This document shows, piece after piece, positions 37,737-48,000 of a stretch of DNA of 64,000 bases (its first letter is position 1; the number at the start of each line of letters is the position of its first letter). Source of the DNA: an uncultured Deinococcaceae bacterium (GTDB taxonomy: Bacteria; Deinococcota; Deinococci; Deinococcales; Deinococcaceae); contig CAXULY010000003.1 of the NCBI GenBank assembly GCA_964252075.1, forward strand, positions 1 through 64,000, written 5' to 3'. The notes beneath the pieces were generated by a model, which did not search any database, was not told the DNA's origin, and saw nothing but the letters and a program-made list of their open reading frames with translations. Both the position numbers and the translations under genes were made by a program.

Positions 37737-39736
37737 GGGGTGCCTCCGAGGCGCTGCACGGCCTTCGCGACGCGCTCGATCTCCACGCGCGCGCGCTGCC
37801 CGGGCGTGTAACGGGTGGAGCTGCCGCCCGTGATGACGGTTTTGAAGCCGTCCTCGTCGAGCGTGTACGCGGCCTTCGCGTCCAGCAGCACGCGGTGCTC
37901 GCCGTTCGGCAGGTTGTAGATGCCCGCGCCGCCGCATGGCTCGTACCAGTCGTGCAGCGTGCTGGTGGCGTTCAGGGTGGGGCCGTACTTCGTGAGCAGC
38001 AGGTTCTCCGCCGCCGTGATGACCGCACCGAACAGCACGCCCACCGCGCTGGTGAGGCCCACGGGCTGCTGGCGCGTCTCGTCGTCCCCGCCGATCAGGT
38101 GCAGGATGCCCACGCGCAGCCGCACGGCGGGCACCACCACGGCGTTCTGAACGTTGCCCGTGTGGGCCGTCCAGGTGCTGATCGGCACGCCGCTGCTGCT
38201 GTCCGTGCTGTCCGCCGGGATGTTCGGGCCGTACAGGGTCTGACTGCTGCCGTTTGCGCTCAGGAGCGTCACGCGGACCTGGGCGCTCGCGTTGAAGCGG
38301 TTGGTGCCGCCCGGCCAGTTGTAGGCGAGTTCCAGGTGGTCGCCACTGCCGAAGGCCACGGGCGTGGCGATCAGGAGGTCTTCCTTGCCGGCCGGTGAGA
38401 CTTCCAGGCCGGTCGTGACGGTGCTGGGGCGCAGCGGCGCGAAGCTGTTGCTGCCCTCGGGGCCGTTCATGTTGACGTTGCGCAGCCCGTTCAGGTGCAG
38501 CTTCAGGGTGCTGCCCGTCACCACCGAGGCGGGCAGGGGAATGCTGGCAGTGGTGAATCCAGCGGTCGTGATGCTGCCCTGCGCGAGGGGCGCGCTGGCC
38601 TGCAGCTGCGCGCGGGTGTACCACGTCACGCCGCCTGGTCGCACCTGGATGGTGCCTGCCGGGCTGGCCTCGCCCGTGCCCGGCACGGCTTCGAGGCGCA
38701 AGGTGGCGCCCGTGGGCGTGCCCGTGACGGGGAGGCTGGAGAGGTCGAAGGTCAGCTCGCTCTGGTAGTAGAAGTGCGTGCCGGACTCCGTGTGGTAGCC
38801 GACGTGCGCCACGATGGTCTGCGCGCTGATGGCCAGCCCGTCCGCCGCGGTGGCTTCGTTCTGGCTGGCGCTGACGGCGCGCGTGAGGGTGGCGGGAATG
38901 AGGGCCGTGGCGCCGCTCGCGTAGGTCACTTCCAGATGAGCGCCGGTCGCTCGGGCGAGGGTGAGCACCGACCGCCCCACGCTGGCGCTCATGTCCTCCA
39001 CTTCACTGATCGGGCCGTCCCGGCTCACGCTCGCCTGGTCCATCACGACGATGGTGGGGTTGTAGTCCACCCCCGTGGTGCAGATGATGCGGTTCGCGAG
39101 CTGCGCCTCGCGGCCCTCCCAGCGCACGTCCGTGAGGGTGCGCTGCGGGGTGTTCGGGCGGCGCCCAATCACGAACGTGCCGTCCAGCCGGAAGCCGTAC
39201 ATGAGGTCCCCGCCCACGGTCTTGTTCAGGTCGTCGCAGAAGCTGTCCAGCCGCACGTTCTGCCGCTGCTCCAGCGCCCAGTGCTCAATGCTGCCCAGCG
39301 AATCGTCCGCGAGTTCCGGCGCGGGCGTCACCTGAAACGCACTCACCAGCAGATCCTTCACCCTCGGCCACAGGAGACCGCTGTAGTCACTCAGGCTGAG
39401 GTTCAGCGCGATGGTGCGGGACAGGACGAGTTGCCCGTCCCCGCTGTACGTCCAAGTGCCGTTGTCCTCCGGCTGGAGGGGCGGCAACTTGCTGACCCGC
39501 CCCCGGTAAACCACCGCGCCGTCCAGCGAGATCCTCACCGTGTCCAGCAAGGCCGCCGTGATGGGCTGCGCGGTCGTGAGGGTCAGGCCGCCCGGCAGCA
39601 GGCCGCCTGGGGCCGCCTGCGCCTCCCAGCTGGCGGACTTCAGGCGGCTGCCCATGGCGTCCATGCCCAGGCGGTCCCGGACGGTGCTGGAGCGGCCCTC
39701 CAGCACCTCGACCACCCAGGAAGTCACGGTGGGCAT
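37733..39736 (-). CDS. Tail tip / baseplate hub protein
   Basis: Directly follows the tape measure gene (TGATG overlap); 'LDGAVVYRGRV', 'NRI', 'DQASVSRDG' hub-like segments. Confidence 0.55.
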   Translation of the reverse strand: MPTVTSWVVEVLEGRSSTVRDRLGMDAMGSRLKSASWEAQAAPGGLLPGGLTLTTAQPITAALLDTVRISLDGAVVYRGRVSKLPPLQPEDNGTWTYSGDGQLVLSRTIALNLSLSDYSGLLWPRVKDLLVSAFQVTPAPELADDSLGSIEHWALEQRQNVRLDSFCDDLNKTVGGDLMYGFRLDGTFVIGRRPNTPQRTLTDVRWEGREAQLANRIICTTGVDYNPTIVVMDQASVSRDGPISEVEDMSASVGRSVLTLARATGAHLEVTYASGATALIPATLTRAVSASQNEATAADGLAISAQTIVAHVGYHTESGTHFYYQSELTFDLSSLPVTGTPTGATLRLEAVPGTGEASPAGTIQVRPGGVTWYTRAQLQASAPLAQGSITTAGFTTASIPLPASVVTGSTLKLHLNGLRNVNMNGPEGSNSFAPLRPSTVTTGLEVSPAGKEDLLIATPVAFGSGDHLELAYNWPGGTNRFNASAQVRVTLLSANGSSQTLYGPNIPADSTDSSSGVPISTWTAHTGNVQNAVVVPAVRLRVGILHLIGGDDETRQQPVGLTSAVGVLFGAVITAAENLLLTKYGPTLNATSTLHDWYEPCGGAGIYNLPNGEHRVLLDAKAAYTLDEDGFKTVITGGSSTRYTPGQRARVEIERVAKAVQRLGGTP

Positions 39737-42700
39737 CAGAGGCCACCCAGCCACGCGTCTGTGCCCGCGTAGCGCGTGCCGGGCGTGACGTTCGAGATGT
39801 ACGTCGTGCTGCTCAAGGGTTTGTCGCGTTGCACCTCGGTGTTCTCCTTGATGGCGTCCGTGTTCTTTTGCACCACGTCGGCCTTGAAGCCGAACTGCGC
39901 GAAGATCGGGGCGAACGCATCGAACAGCGGTTTCGTCTGGTCCTTCACGGTGATCACCCCGTTTTTGAGCGCCAGCAGGTCCGCGAGGCCCTGCCCGCTC
40001 GTGAGGTCCACGCCGTTCTGCAGGTCCGTCGCGATGGCCTGCGTGAGGGGCCCCAGCGCCTTGCGCACGATGTCGGACTCCATCGCCATGAGGAGGCCCG
40101 ACAGGGTGCTCTTCAGCACCTCCTGCTGGAGGTTCGCACCGAACTTCGAGAAGTCCTGGCTCTCCAGCGCGCTCTCCAGCCCGTTGAAGGCGCTGTTGCT
40201 GAAGGTGTTGAGGAGGTCGTCGCTGGTCTGGTGCAGGATCTTGTCGCGCTGCTCGGCGTACTGCTGGTCGATCGCGAGGCGCTGCTCGGCGGTCAGGTTC
40301 GCCTGCGCGATGGCCGCCTGGTACCCCGCGTCGAGGGCGGTGAGTTCCGCCTGCTGGCGCTGCTGCAGATACTGCGCGTAACTGATCTGACCGCCCTTCA
40401 GCTCATCGTCCAGATCCTTCAGGCGCGCATCGCGGATGGCCTGTGCGCTCTGAATCTGGGCCGCCACAATTTGTGCGTCGTAGTCGGCATTGATGGTCGC
40501 ACGCTGCGCCTCGGTCAAGCTGGTGTCGGCCAGGGCCGCCTCGCGCTGGCGGTTCAGCCCCTCGATGGTCAAGCGCAGCACATCGTCCTGGTAGGCCTCC
40601 TCAGTGATGAGCCCGGCGGCGCGCACGTTATCCCAGGTTTTCTGCCACACGTCCGCAGCCTTCTGGGCGTCGTCTCGGGCCTGCTGCGCGATGACCGCAG
40701 GGTCGTACTTGCCTGTCCCCGTGAGCCGATCGATCTCATCCATGTCAGAGGCGGTCTTCTGAGCATCGGCGGTGTTGGCATTCGAGACGTTGATGAGGTT
40801 GGTCCGCGACTGGTCCAGCCGAGTCTGCGCTGCAGCCTTCTCTTCAGGGGTTTTCGCGTCTGCCAGCGCCTTCTTGGCGTCCAGATACCCTTGGATGGCG
40901 TCCTTGTAGACCTTCCCGTGGGCCGGGTCATCCAGAAAGGCGTCCACCATGCCCTGCTTGACGGCCTTCGCGAGGGACGAACGGATGGCCTTGCTGAAGT
41001 CCTCGATGCTCCCGCCATTGGCGAGCGCCTCGAAGCCTGAGTTGACCCCATCCACGATGGCCCCTTCGAGGCTCTGCGCGGTCTTCTGGGCCGCCTCGTC
41101 AATGTGCTCGTCGTAGTGGGTCTGCGACCACCACAGGATGCCGGTCTGGTAGGTGGTGACGGTGCGCGTCCCGTACCCATCGTCCTTCCCGAAGCGGAAC
41201 TGGTTGTTGTAATCCTGGGTCTTCTTCATCTCCTCGCGCGCGCGCTGCGCTTCCTGCGCCCAGTGCGTGAAGATCGAGGTGATCACGTCAATGGCCGCCT
41301 GGATCCAGTTGCCCGTCGCGATGTCCTTCGCGAAGGTGATGAGGTCGGACGTCATGTCGCCGAGGCTCTCGCCCCACCCGGCCGCGACGTCCGCCGCGTG
41401 CTGGTCCATGCCCGCCGTCGCCTGCCCCACAAGGCTCCCGACGTTGATGATCGCCTGCGCGAACTGCCCGACCTGCTCAATGCCGTTCAGGACGATCTGG
41501 CGGCGGTCCTCTTCGCCTTTCTCCGTGATGGCGGTGAGTTTGGCCTGGTGGTCCGCTTCCGCGGCGCGCACCTTCGCGTCGTACTCGGCGCGATCCCCGC
41601 CCTCCTCCTCCAAATGCCGCTTGAGGTCTTCAAGCTGCCGCTGGTAGGCCGCGTTCGCTTCGCGGCGGTCGAGGTCCTCACCGCGCGCCTGGTACCCGCC
41701 AGCGTGCAGCCACGCCAGGGGGTCCATGTTCTGCTGGTGCTGCAGGGTGGAGCGCTCAGCGCTGAGGCGCGCGTCCTCCACGGCGCGCTGCGCCTCGCGC
41801 ATGGCGTCCGTGATCTTCGCGACGTCCGGCACGCTCGCCCGGGCGGCCGCCGCGAGGGCCCGCACGCTCGCCGCGGCGTCCGTCTTCCCCATGCGCTCCA
41901 GGTTGTCCGCCAGGGTGTCCAGCTGGAGGGCGCTGGCCTGCCCGGCCCGCCCGAAGTCCAGGGCGCTCATGGTGCCGCCCTGGTACGCGTCCTGGGCCTT
42001 CTGCAGGTCGCCGGTGATCTGGGTGAGGGTGTCCTCCAGCGCATTGGTGGGTGAGGCGTCGAGGTTCGCGCGCAGCGAGTCGAGGATCAGGTTCAGGTCC
42101 GAGACCTGCTGCGCGCTCAGCTCGCCGTCCTGCCCCATCTGCTGGACGCGCTCGCGGTACTCGTCCGCGGCGGCGGCGCTCAGCTTGAGCTGGTCGCCGT
42201 TCGCTTCGAGTTCCGCCGTCATGCCCTGGAAGTTCTTCACCTGCTGGGCCACCTGCCCGCTGTTGAAGGTCTTCTCCAGCGTGCTGTCCGGCAGGTCGCG
42301 GTACAGTTTGAGGGCGTCGGCGTACACCCGCTGCAGCTCGTCCGCGAAGTCCTTGTTGCGGCTGGCGAGGTCCGCAAGGGCCTTGCGGGGGTCCCCCATG
42401 AAGCGCGGGTCGTTCGGGTCGCTCCCGGCGCCCGCGAGGGCCGCCGTGAGGCCGTCCGCGCCCGTGCCGTAGGAGCGGCGAACGGCCATGTCCGCCGCGT
42501 TCTGCCCGTTGCCGTACCGGGCGGCGCTGCTCGCCGCGAAGTCGTCGAGGTCCTGCTGCGCCTGCGCGACGGCGCCCTCGGTGGTGTCGAGGATCTGCTG
42601 GATGGGCTCGGCGTACACGCGGCGGATGATGGCCACCGCGTCCCCGTTGAACTGCTCCAGCGCACTCAGGGCGTCCTGCGGGTCCGTCAGCACGTCCCCG

Positions 42701-45700
42701 GTGCCGCCCGCCGCCTGGAAGGCCGCCTGCAGGCCCGCGTCACCTGTGCCGTAGGACATGCGGTAGGCGGCGTCCGTGGCGGCCGTGCCGGCGTACCGGG
42801 CGCTGGAGCGGCTGAAGAAGTCGTCCATCAGCGCCTGCGCCTGGTCGAGGCCGCCCTGCGTGCCGTCCAGGATGCCCTGAATGACGTCCGCGTAGGTGGT
42901 GCGGATAAGGTCCGCCGCGCCCTTGTTGAACCGCTCCAGGTCCGCGAGGGCCGCGGTGGGGTCGGTGCTCGCGTCGAGGTTCCCCCCGGACGCCCGCACC
43001 GCCGCCGCGAGGCCTTCCGGACCCGCGCCGTAGGTGAGCCGCAGGGCGCCCTGCGACGCCACCTCGCCCGTCCCGAAGCGCTTGGCCTGCGCGTCCATGT
43101 AATCGTTCAGGGCCTGCGTGGCGGCGAGGATGCCGGGCAGCTCCGCGCGCAGGTCCTGGGCGAGCCGCACGCTCGATTTGTGCAGCTGGTCGATCTGGAA
43201 GTTGCCCTTCACCCCCTTCTGGCCCGCCTCGTCCCACAACTTCCCGAGGGAAGCGAGGTAGGCCGTCACGTCCGCGTCGGTGAGGGTACCCGCCTGTGCT
43301 TTCTGGCCGAGGCCCTCCTGGGCGTCCTTGTAGCTGCGGCTGAGGTCGCGCACGGCGGCGGCCTGCTTGCTGGTTTCCTGCTGGACCTTCACGGTCGCGT
43401 CGTGCACGCTCGCCGCGCTGACCTGCCCGGCCCGCGTGACGGCCCGCTGGTACTCCTGCTGCGCGGCGGTGCGCTCGCGCTGCCCCTGCTGCTCAATGGC
43501 GCTGAGACGGTCCTTGAGGGCGGTCGCGGTGAGGCCCTCATGCCGCGCCTGCGCCTCCTGTTCACTCACCCATTTGTTCGCGGCGGCGACCTTCTCGTCC
43601 AGCTGTTCCTTCGCCTGGGCGATGACGGCCGCTTTGATCTTCGGGGCGAACTCCCGCTGAATGGCGAGCTGCTGCTGCGCGTCATCCTGCGCGGCATCGA
43701 GCGCTTCTTGCCGCGCGTCGGTGAGGACGCTCACGCGGGTCTGGGCGGCGTCCGCTTCGCTCTGCTGCTGGCGCCGGATGATCTCCTCACCCTGCTGCTG
43801 GGCCTGCTCCGCCAGTCGGGTGGCCTGCTGCTGGGCGCGGGTGAGGCGGTCCTGCTCGGCGGTGGCCTTCGCGGTGGCGTCCCCCGCGAGTTTCTGCAGC
43901 GCCTGGTACTTCGCGGTCTCGCCGTTGCGGGCCCGCTCCGCGTCCGCGGCGCGCTGCGCGCTCGCCGCGATGCCCTCCAGGGTCCGCACGTAGTCGGCGC
44001 CGCTCTCACGCCCCGCCTTCTTCAGGCTGTCCGCCACGCCCAGCTGCGCGCTGAGCTTGTCGTAGGTCTGGCCGTACCGGCTGACCTTGCCGAGTTCCAG
44101 CGTGACGCTGCGGACGGCCGCTGCGGCGTCCGCGTTGCCCTTCGTGAAGTCGTGGATGGCCGCGAGGGCCTTCGTATACTCCGGGCTGCCCTGGGCGTAG
44201 GAGCGCAGGGCGAGCACCAGCTCGCGCGCCTGATCGTTCAGGGTGGAGTAGTTGACCTGCCCCTTGCCGCCGATGTAAGCCGCCACATCAGCTTTCGAGA
44301 CGGTGCCGGTGGGTGCCCCCGCCTTGTTGTACGGGCTTTCGTTCGGACGGTAGAACGCCGCGTGGGCCGTGTCGTACATCGGCACGACCTGCGTGTTCGA
44401 CTGCCCGGGGTTCTCGATGATCAGCAGGTTGCCCTTCGCGTCACGGCCCACCACCACCGCGACGTGGTGCCCGCTGCCGTTGTAGCCGTACCGCGCGCCG
44501 GTGAAGCCCACGAGGTCGCCCGTCTGGGCCTGCGCCTCGCTGACCTGCTTGCCGTGCGCCTTCACCTGATTGATCAGCTCGCCCGCGCTGGGGCTGCCTT
44601 TGATGGCCACCCCGAGCGTGTGGTAGATGTCGCTCGCGATGGCCGCGCAGTCCGACGGCCACTTGGGGTCATTTTTGAAGCGGTCCTTCAGGGACGCCAC
44701 GAACGTCGCGTTCCACTGGCCTGCCGCCTCACCCGCCGCCTGAGCGGTCTGCGCGCCCGCCGGTCCAGAGGGCAGCGCCTGCATGGTGACGTGCTGCACC
44801 CCGTCGGGCCCCGCGCCGCCCTGCCGCTGGTACTTGGCGAGCAGCTGCTCGTAGTACGTGCGGTTCGCGGCGATGGTGTTGAGCTGCGCCTGGTTGCGGC
44901 GCACGTACCCATCACCCTCCTTGATCAGCGCGCCGATGCTGTACAGCCCGCCCGGCCCCTGGTTGGACACGTCCTTGATGAGGCCCGCCTGCCCGAGCGC
45001 GGCGCGCAGCTGCCCGGTGTTCAGCTGCGTGATGGCGTCCGGCACACCCTTCTGTGGCATCCCTTTGCCGAGGTTCGTGAGGATGCGGTCCAGCAGCCCG
45101 TTCGCGTCCTGCAGGAACTTGTTCAGCTCCGGCAGCACGAGGGTGCCGAGGTTCGTCTTGAAGGCGTCCCACTTGTGCCCCAGCTCCGCGACCTGATCGC
45201 CGTACCCCTTCGTGGCCTCCTTCGCGGTGCGCATCGCGAGGCCCTCGTCTTTCGTGGCCGCGGTCGCGATGTCCGTGGCGCGCTTGAGGTTGTTCTGCCC
45301 GACGGTCGCCTCGCTGACCGTGCGGGTGACCTGCGCGGTCCTGAGGTGCAGGTCGCTGAGGATCAGGCTGGAATCCACGCCGCTCGCGTGGAAGTCCTTC
45401 AGGCGCTGTATGAAGCGCGTGAAGAAGGCCACGGGGTCCGTTTCGAGGAGCTTCGCGACCTCCTCGCCGCTCATCCCCATGGCGCGCCCCCACGCCTCGA
45501 GGGCCGGGCCGCCCTGCGCGGCCGCCTGGTGCGCGGTCTGGAAGATCTTGGTGAGCGCGCCGCCCGCGCCCTGCGCGCGGGCGCCCGCCTGCACCAGCGC
45601 GGCGCTGATGCCGAGGATCTGTTCGTTCGTGAGGCCAATCTCGTGCGCGTAGCTGGACCAGAACTTCGCGAGGCCCGTGATCTCCGGAATCTGCGCGCCG

Positions 45701-47295
45701 AACTGCGTCTTGAGCGCCACCAGCACGTTCACGGTCTCGCCGTACTTCTTGTTCACCTGATCGACGGACAGGCCCTGGCTGAACAGGATCTTCGCAATCT
45801 CCTGGCTGACCTTGCTGGTGTCGCCCAGGTGGCCGTTCGCGTCGCGCAGCACCACCGCGAGGGCGGCGCTCTGGGTGGTGAAGTTCTTGATCGCGTCCGG
45901 CCCGTGCAGGCCCACCAGCACGCCCTGCCGCCCCATCTCGATCAGCTGGTTCGTGGCGATGGGCAGCTGGCCGCTGAGGCGCTGCACGAACTGACCGTAC
46001 TGGTTCATCTCGGCGGCGCTCTCGTGCGTGAGGGCGCCCACCTGATTCAGGCTGCGCTGGAAGTCGATGCTCTTCTTCACGCCGTCGTCAATGGACTTCA
46101 CGGCGCCCGCGATGACGAGGCCCGCCGCGCCGATGGCCGCGACCTGGGGGCCCATGGTGGCGAGGGAAGCCACCATGCCCGCCGTGGGGCTGATGAAGCT
46201 GAGGCCGAGGGCCGCGCCGTTCATGCCCGCCCCGCCTCGGATGCCCGCGCCCTGCGCGAACGCCCCGGCGCGCGCGGCGTTGTTGCGCTGCTGGGCGGTG
46301 GTGGCCGCCGCGAGGCTCGCGGTGTAGGAGCGCTCCGCGGCCTCCAGTCGCGTGAGCTGCGCGGCTTCAGCGGCGTTCAGCACGCCCTTTTCACGCAGGG
46401 TCGTGATGGCGGCCTGCGTCGCCGCGACCTCGCCCTGCAGGCTCGTGATGGTGCCCCGGATGCGGAGGTCGTACTCGCCCTGCGTGATCTGGTTGGACTT
46501 CAGCTGGTTGTTCAGGAGCGTGACGCCCGCCGCCGCGTCGCGGTACCCGGCGCTCACGCCCGCCGCGAGGCTGCCCTTCATGATCTCGCCGCTGATCTGC
46601 ATCTGGACGCTGGCGGTGGTGCGCAGCGCCTGGCTGTACGTGTTCTGCATCGCGACGAGCTGCTGGAGGCGCGCGGTCTGCTGCGTGTCCAGCACGCCGA
46701 GCTCGCGCAGGCTGGTGGCCTCGGCGTCCAGCGCGGCTTTCTGCGCGAGGATGCGGCGCTCCAGCGTCTGCATGATGCCCGCCGTGGTCGCGTCATCGTT
46801 CGCCTTGCGCTGCCACGCGATGCGGTAGTTGTTCGCGGTCTGCGTCGCTTCACGCGCCATCGCCTGCTCACTCCGCAGGCTGGCGATGCGCTGCTGCGCC
46901 GCCTCGCGCTCCAGGCGGATGTTCAGCTGCAGGGTGGAGCGGTAATTCGCGGCCTGCTGCGCGCCCTCGCGGCGGTAGGTCTGCTCCTGGGCGGCGCTCG
47001 TCTTGAGCTGCTGCGCCTCCGCGCGCAGGCTGGCGGACAGCGCGTCGTACTCGGCGCGCACCGTGCGCGCGGCGCTGGCCTGCTGGCCCAGGGCGCGCTG
47101 GCTCACGCCACCCAGGTCCGCGATCTCCTGGCGGATGCCCTTGAGCTGCCCGGCGGCGTCCGCCATGCCGAGTTTCACGCTCACGCCGAGCGACTCGCTC
47201 GCGAGGTCCGCGCGGAGCTTCACGAGATCGGCGGTGATGCCCGAGCGATCCAGGCCGGTCCCCGCCACGAGTTTTCCAAGGGATCGCTGGGTCAT
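39736..47295 (-). CDS. Tail tape measure protein (2519 aa) with embedded NlpC/P60-CHAP-like domain
   Basis: Very long Ala/Gln-rich helical ORF after the tail chaperones; TP901-type core (FQRSLNQVGAL...GGALTKIF); DC...GDLV.F...GHHVAVV...IEN segment. Confidence 0.9.
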   Translation of the reverse strand: MTQRSLGKLVAGTGLDRSGITADLVKLRADLASESLGVSVKLGMADAAGQLKGIRQEIADLGGVSQRALGQQASAARTVRAEYDALSASLRAEAQQLKTSAAQEQTYRREGAQQAANYRSTLQLNIRLEREAAQQRIASLRSEQAMAREATQTANNYRIAWQRKANDDATTAGIMQTLERRILAQKAALDAEATSLRELGVLDTQQTARLQQLVAMQNTYSQALRTTASVQMQISGEIMKGSLAAGVSAGYRDAAAGVTLLNNQLKSNQITQGEYDLRIRGTITSLQGEVAATQAAITTLREKGVLNAAEAAQLTRLEAAERSYTASLAAATTAQQRNNAARAGAFAQGAGIRGGAGMNGAALGLSFISPTAGMVASLATMGPQVAAIGAAGLVIAGAVKSIDDGVKKSIDFQRSLNQVGALTHESAAEMNQYGQFVQRLSGQLPIATNQLIEMGRQGVLVGLHGPDAIKNFTTQSAALAVVLRDANGHLGDTSKVSQEIAKILFSQGLSVDQVNKKYGETVNVLVALKTQFGAQIPEITGLAKFWSSYAHEIGLTNEQILGISAALVQAGARAQGAGGALTKIFQTAHQAAAQGGPALEAWGRAMGMSGEEVAKLLETDPVAFFTRFIQRLKDFHASGVDSSLILSDLHLRTAQVTRTVSEATVGQNNLKRATDIATAATKDEGLAMRTAKEATKGYGDQVAELGHKWDAFKTNLGTLVLPELNKFLQDANGLLDRILTNLGKGMPQKGVPDAITQLNTGQLRAALGQAGLIKDVSNQGPGGLYSIGALIKEGDGYVRRNQAQLNTIAANRTYYEQLLAKYQRQGGAGPDGVQHVTMQALPSGPAGAQTAQAAGEAAGQWNATFVASLKDRFKNDPKWPSDCAAIASDIYHTLGVAIKGSPSAGELINQVKAHGKQVSEAQAQTGDLVGFTGARYGYNGSGHHVAVVVGRDAKGNLLIIENPGQSNTQVVPMYDTAHAAFYRPNESPYNKAGAPTGTVSKADVAAYIGGKGQVNYSTLNDQARELVLALRSYAQGSPEYTKALAAIHDFTKGNADAAAAVRSVTLELGKVSRYGQTYDKLSAQLGVADSLKKAGRESGADYVRTLEGIAASAQRAADAERARNGETAKYQALQKLAGDATAKATAEQDRLTRAQQQATRLAEQAQQQGEEIIRRQQQSEADAAQTRVSVLTDARQEALDAAQDDAQQQLAIQREFAPKIKAAVIAQAKEQLDEKVAAANKWVSEQEAQARHEGLTATALKDRLSAIEQQGQRERTAAQQEYQRAVTRAGQVSAASVHDATVKVQQETSKQAAAVRDLSRSYKDAQEGLGQKAQAGTLTDADVTAYLASLGKLWDEAGQKGVKGNFQIDQLHKSSVRLAQDLRAELPGILAATQALNDYMDAQAKRFGTGEVASQGALRLTYGAGPEGLAAAVRASGGNLDASTDPTAALADLERFNKGAADLIRTTYADVIQGILDGTQGGLDQAQALMDDFFSRSSARYAGTAATDAAYRMSYGTGDAGLQAAFQAAGGTGDVLTDPQDALSALEQFNGDAVAIIRRVYAEPIQQILDTTEGAVAQAQQDLDDFAASSAARYGNGQNAADMAVRRSYGTGADGLTAALAGAGSDPNDPRFMGDPRKALADLASRNKDFADELQRVYADALKLYRDLPDSTLEKTFNSGQVAQQVKNFQGMTAELEANGDQLKLSAAAADEYRERVQQMGQDGELSAQQVSDLNLILDSLRANLDASPTNALEDTLTQITGDLQKAQDAYQGGTMSALDFGRAGQASALQLDTLADNLERMGKTDAAASVRALAAAARASVPDVAKITDAMREAQRAVEDARLSAERSTLQHQQNMDPLAWLHAGGYQARGEDLDRREANAAYQRQLEDLKRHLEEEGGDRAEYDAKVRAAEADHQAKLTAITEKGEEDRRQIVLNGIEQVGQFAQAIINVGSLVGQATAGMDQHAADVAAGWGESLGDMTSDLITFAKDIATGNWIQAAIDVITSIFTHWAQEAQRAREEMKKTQDYNNQFRFGKDDGYGTRTVTTYQTGILWWSQTHYDEHIDEAAQKTAQSLEGAIVDGVNSGFEALANGGSIEDFSKAIRSSLAKAVKQGMVDAFLDDPAHGKVYKDAIQGYLDAKKALADAKTPEEKAAAQTRLDQSRTNLINVSNANTADAQKTASDMDEIDRLTGTGKYDPAVIAQQARDDAQKAADVWQKTWDNVRAAGLITEEAYQDDVLRLTIEGLNRQREAALADTSLTEAQRATINADYDAQIVAAQIQSAQAIRDARLKDLDDELKGGQISYAQYLQQRQQAELTALDAGYQAAIAQANLTAEQRLAIDQQYAEQRDKILHQTSDDLLNTFSNSAFNGLESALESQDFSKFGANLQQEVLKSTLSGLLMAMESDIVRKALGPLTQAIATDLQNGVDLTSGQGLADLLALKNGVITVKDQTKPLFDAFAPIFAQFGFKADVVQKNTDAIKENTEVQRDKPLSSTTYISNVTPGTRYAGTDAWLGGL

Positions 47296-47324
47296 GTGGT
47301 CACCTCGCCCTCTTCGGGCATGAG

Positions 47325-47345
47325 AAAAGCCGCCCGGAGGCGGCT
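47325..47345 (-). terminator. Intrinsic terminator after the tail-region moron
   Basis: agccgcc-loop-ggcggct stem followed by TTTTCTC on the minus strand, about 30 nt before the tape measure start. Confidence 0.6.
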
Positions 47346-47367
47346 CAAAATTCGTTATTTGATCTTC

Positions 47368-47979
47368 CTACTTCTTTTTTAGGGCGTGCACACCTCTTGC
47401 AATATCGTCGAGATGCGGTCGGTTCAACGCTCTTGAGATGTTCTGTAGTGCCTCGAGCTTCAGTTCCTCAGGGTCCCTGCCATTGACTCGCTTAGTCGCC
47501 CAAACGGACCCGTGCGTGTAGTTGAAGTCCACTTGGAAGGTCTCTGAGAGTCGCTCACCCGACTGACTCTCGTAATCCACCCTTACGTTAACCAGCTCCT
47601 GTATGGCGTCCTCAGTTCCAGGTCCAGAAATAAACGCAAGCGTGGTCAGTTTTGAGCTTGGAGCTAAGAGTCTTACTCCCTTAGATATTGGCTGCCATTC
47701 GCTTAAGGGCACCCCTGTGTAATTCATCTCTTGGTGATCCAGAAGTGTGACCCGTACATTCTTGGCAATTGCACCGCTTATGTTATGAATATTCAAGAAA
47801 ACAAACTGCACATCATTGTCTTCGATGGAAGGGTAGACAACAACTTGCGGGCGAAACTGGGCCTTGCGCGCTTTCTCTGCAGTGTCTGCTGACCGCCAAG
47901 CAAAGAACACCGCCACTGCTGCGGCCACGGCACTGACTGCTGCTGAAACACTTTGAATCTCCACCTGGGGATCTGCCAT
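47368..47979 (-). CDS. Low-GC moron: N-terminal TM hypothetical protein
   Basis: Visibly AT-richer codons; TM SAAVSAVAAAVAVFFAW then RPQVVVY; TACTTT lies 6 nt before ATG 47979. Confidence 0.7.
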   Translation of the reverse strand: MADPQVEIQSVSAAVSAVAAAVAVFFAWRSADTAEKARKAQFRPQVVVYPSIEDNDVQFVFLNIHNISGAIAKNVRVTLLDHQEMNYTGVPLSEWQPISKGVRLLAPSSKLTTLAFISGPGTEDAIQELVNVRVDYESQSGERLSETFQVDFNYTHGSVWATKRVNGRDPEELKLEALQNISRALNRPHLDDIARGVHALKKK

Positions 47980-48000
47980 TGTCACAAAGTATCCGCTTAC

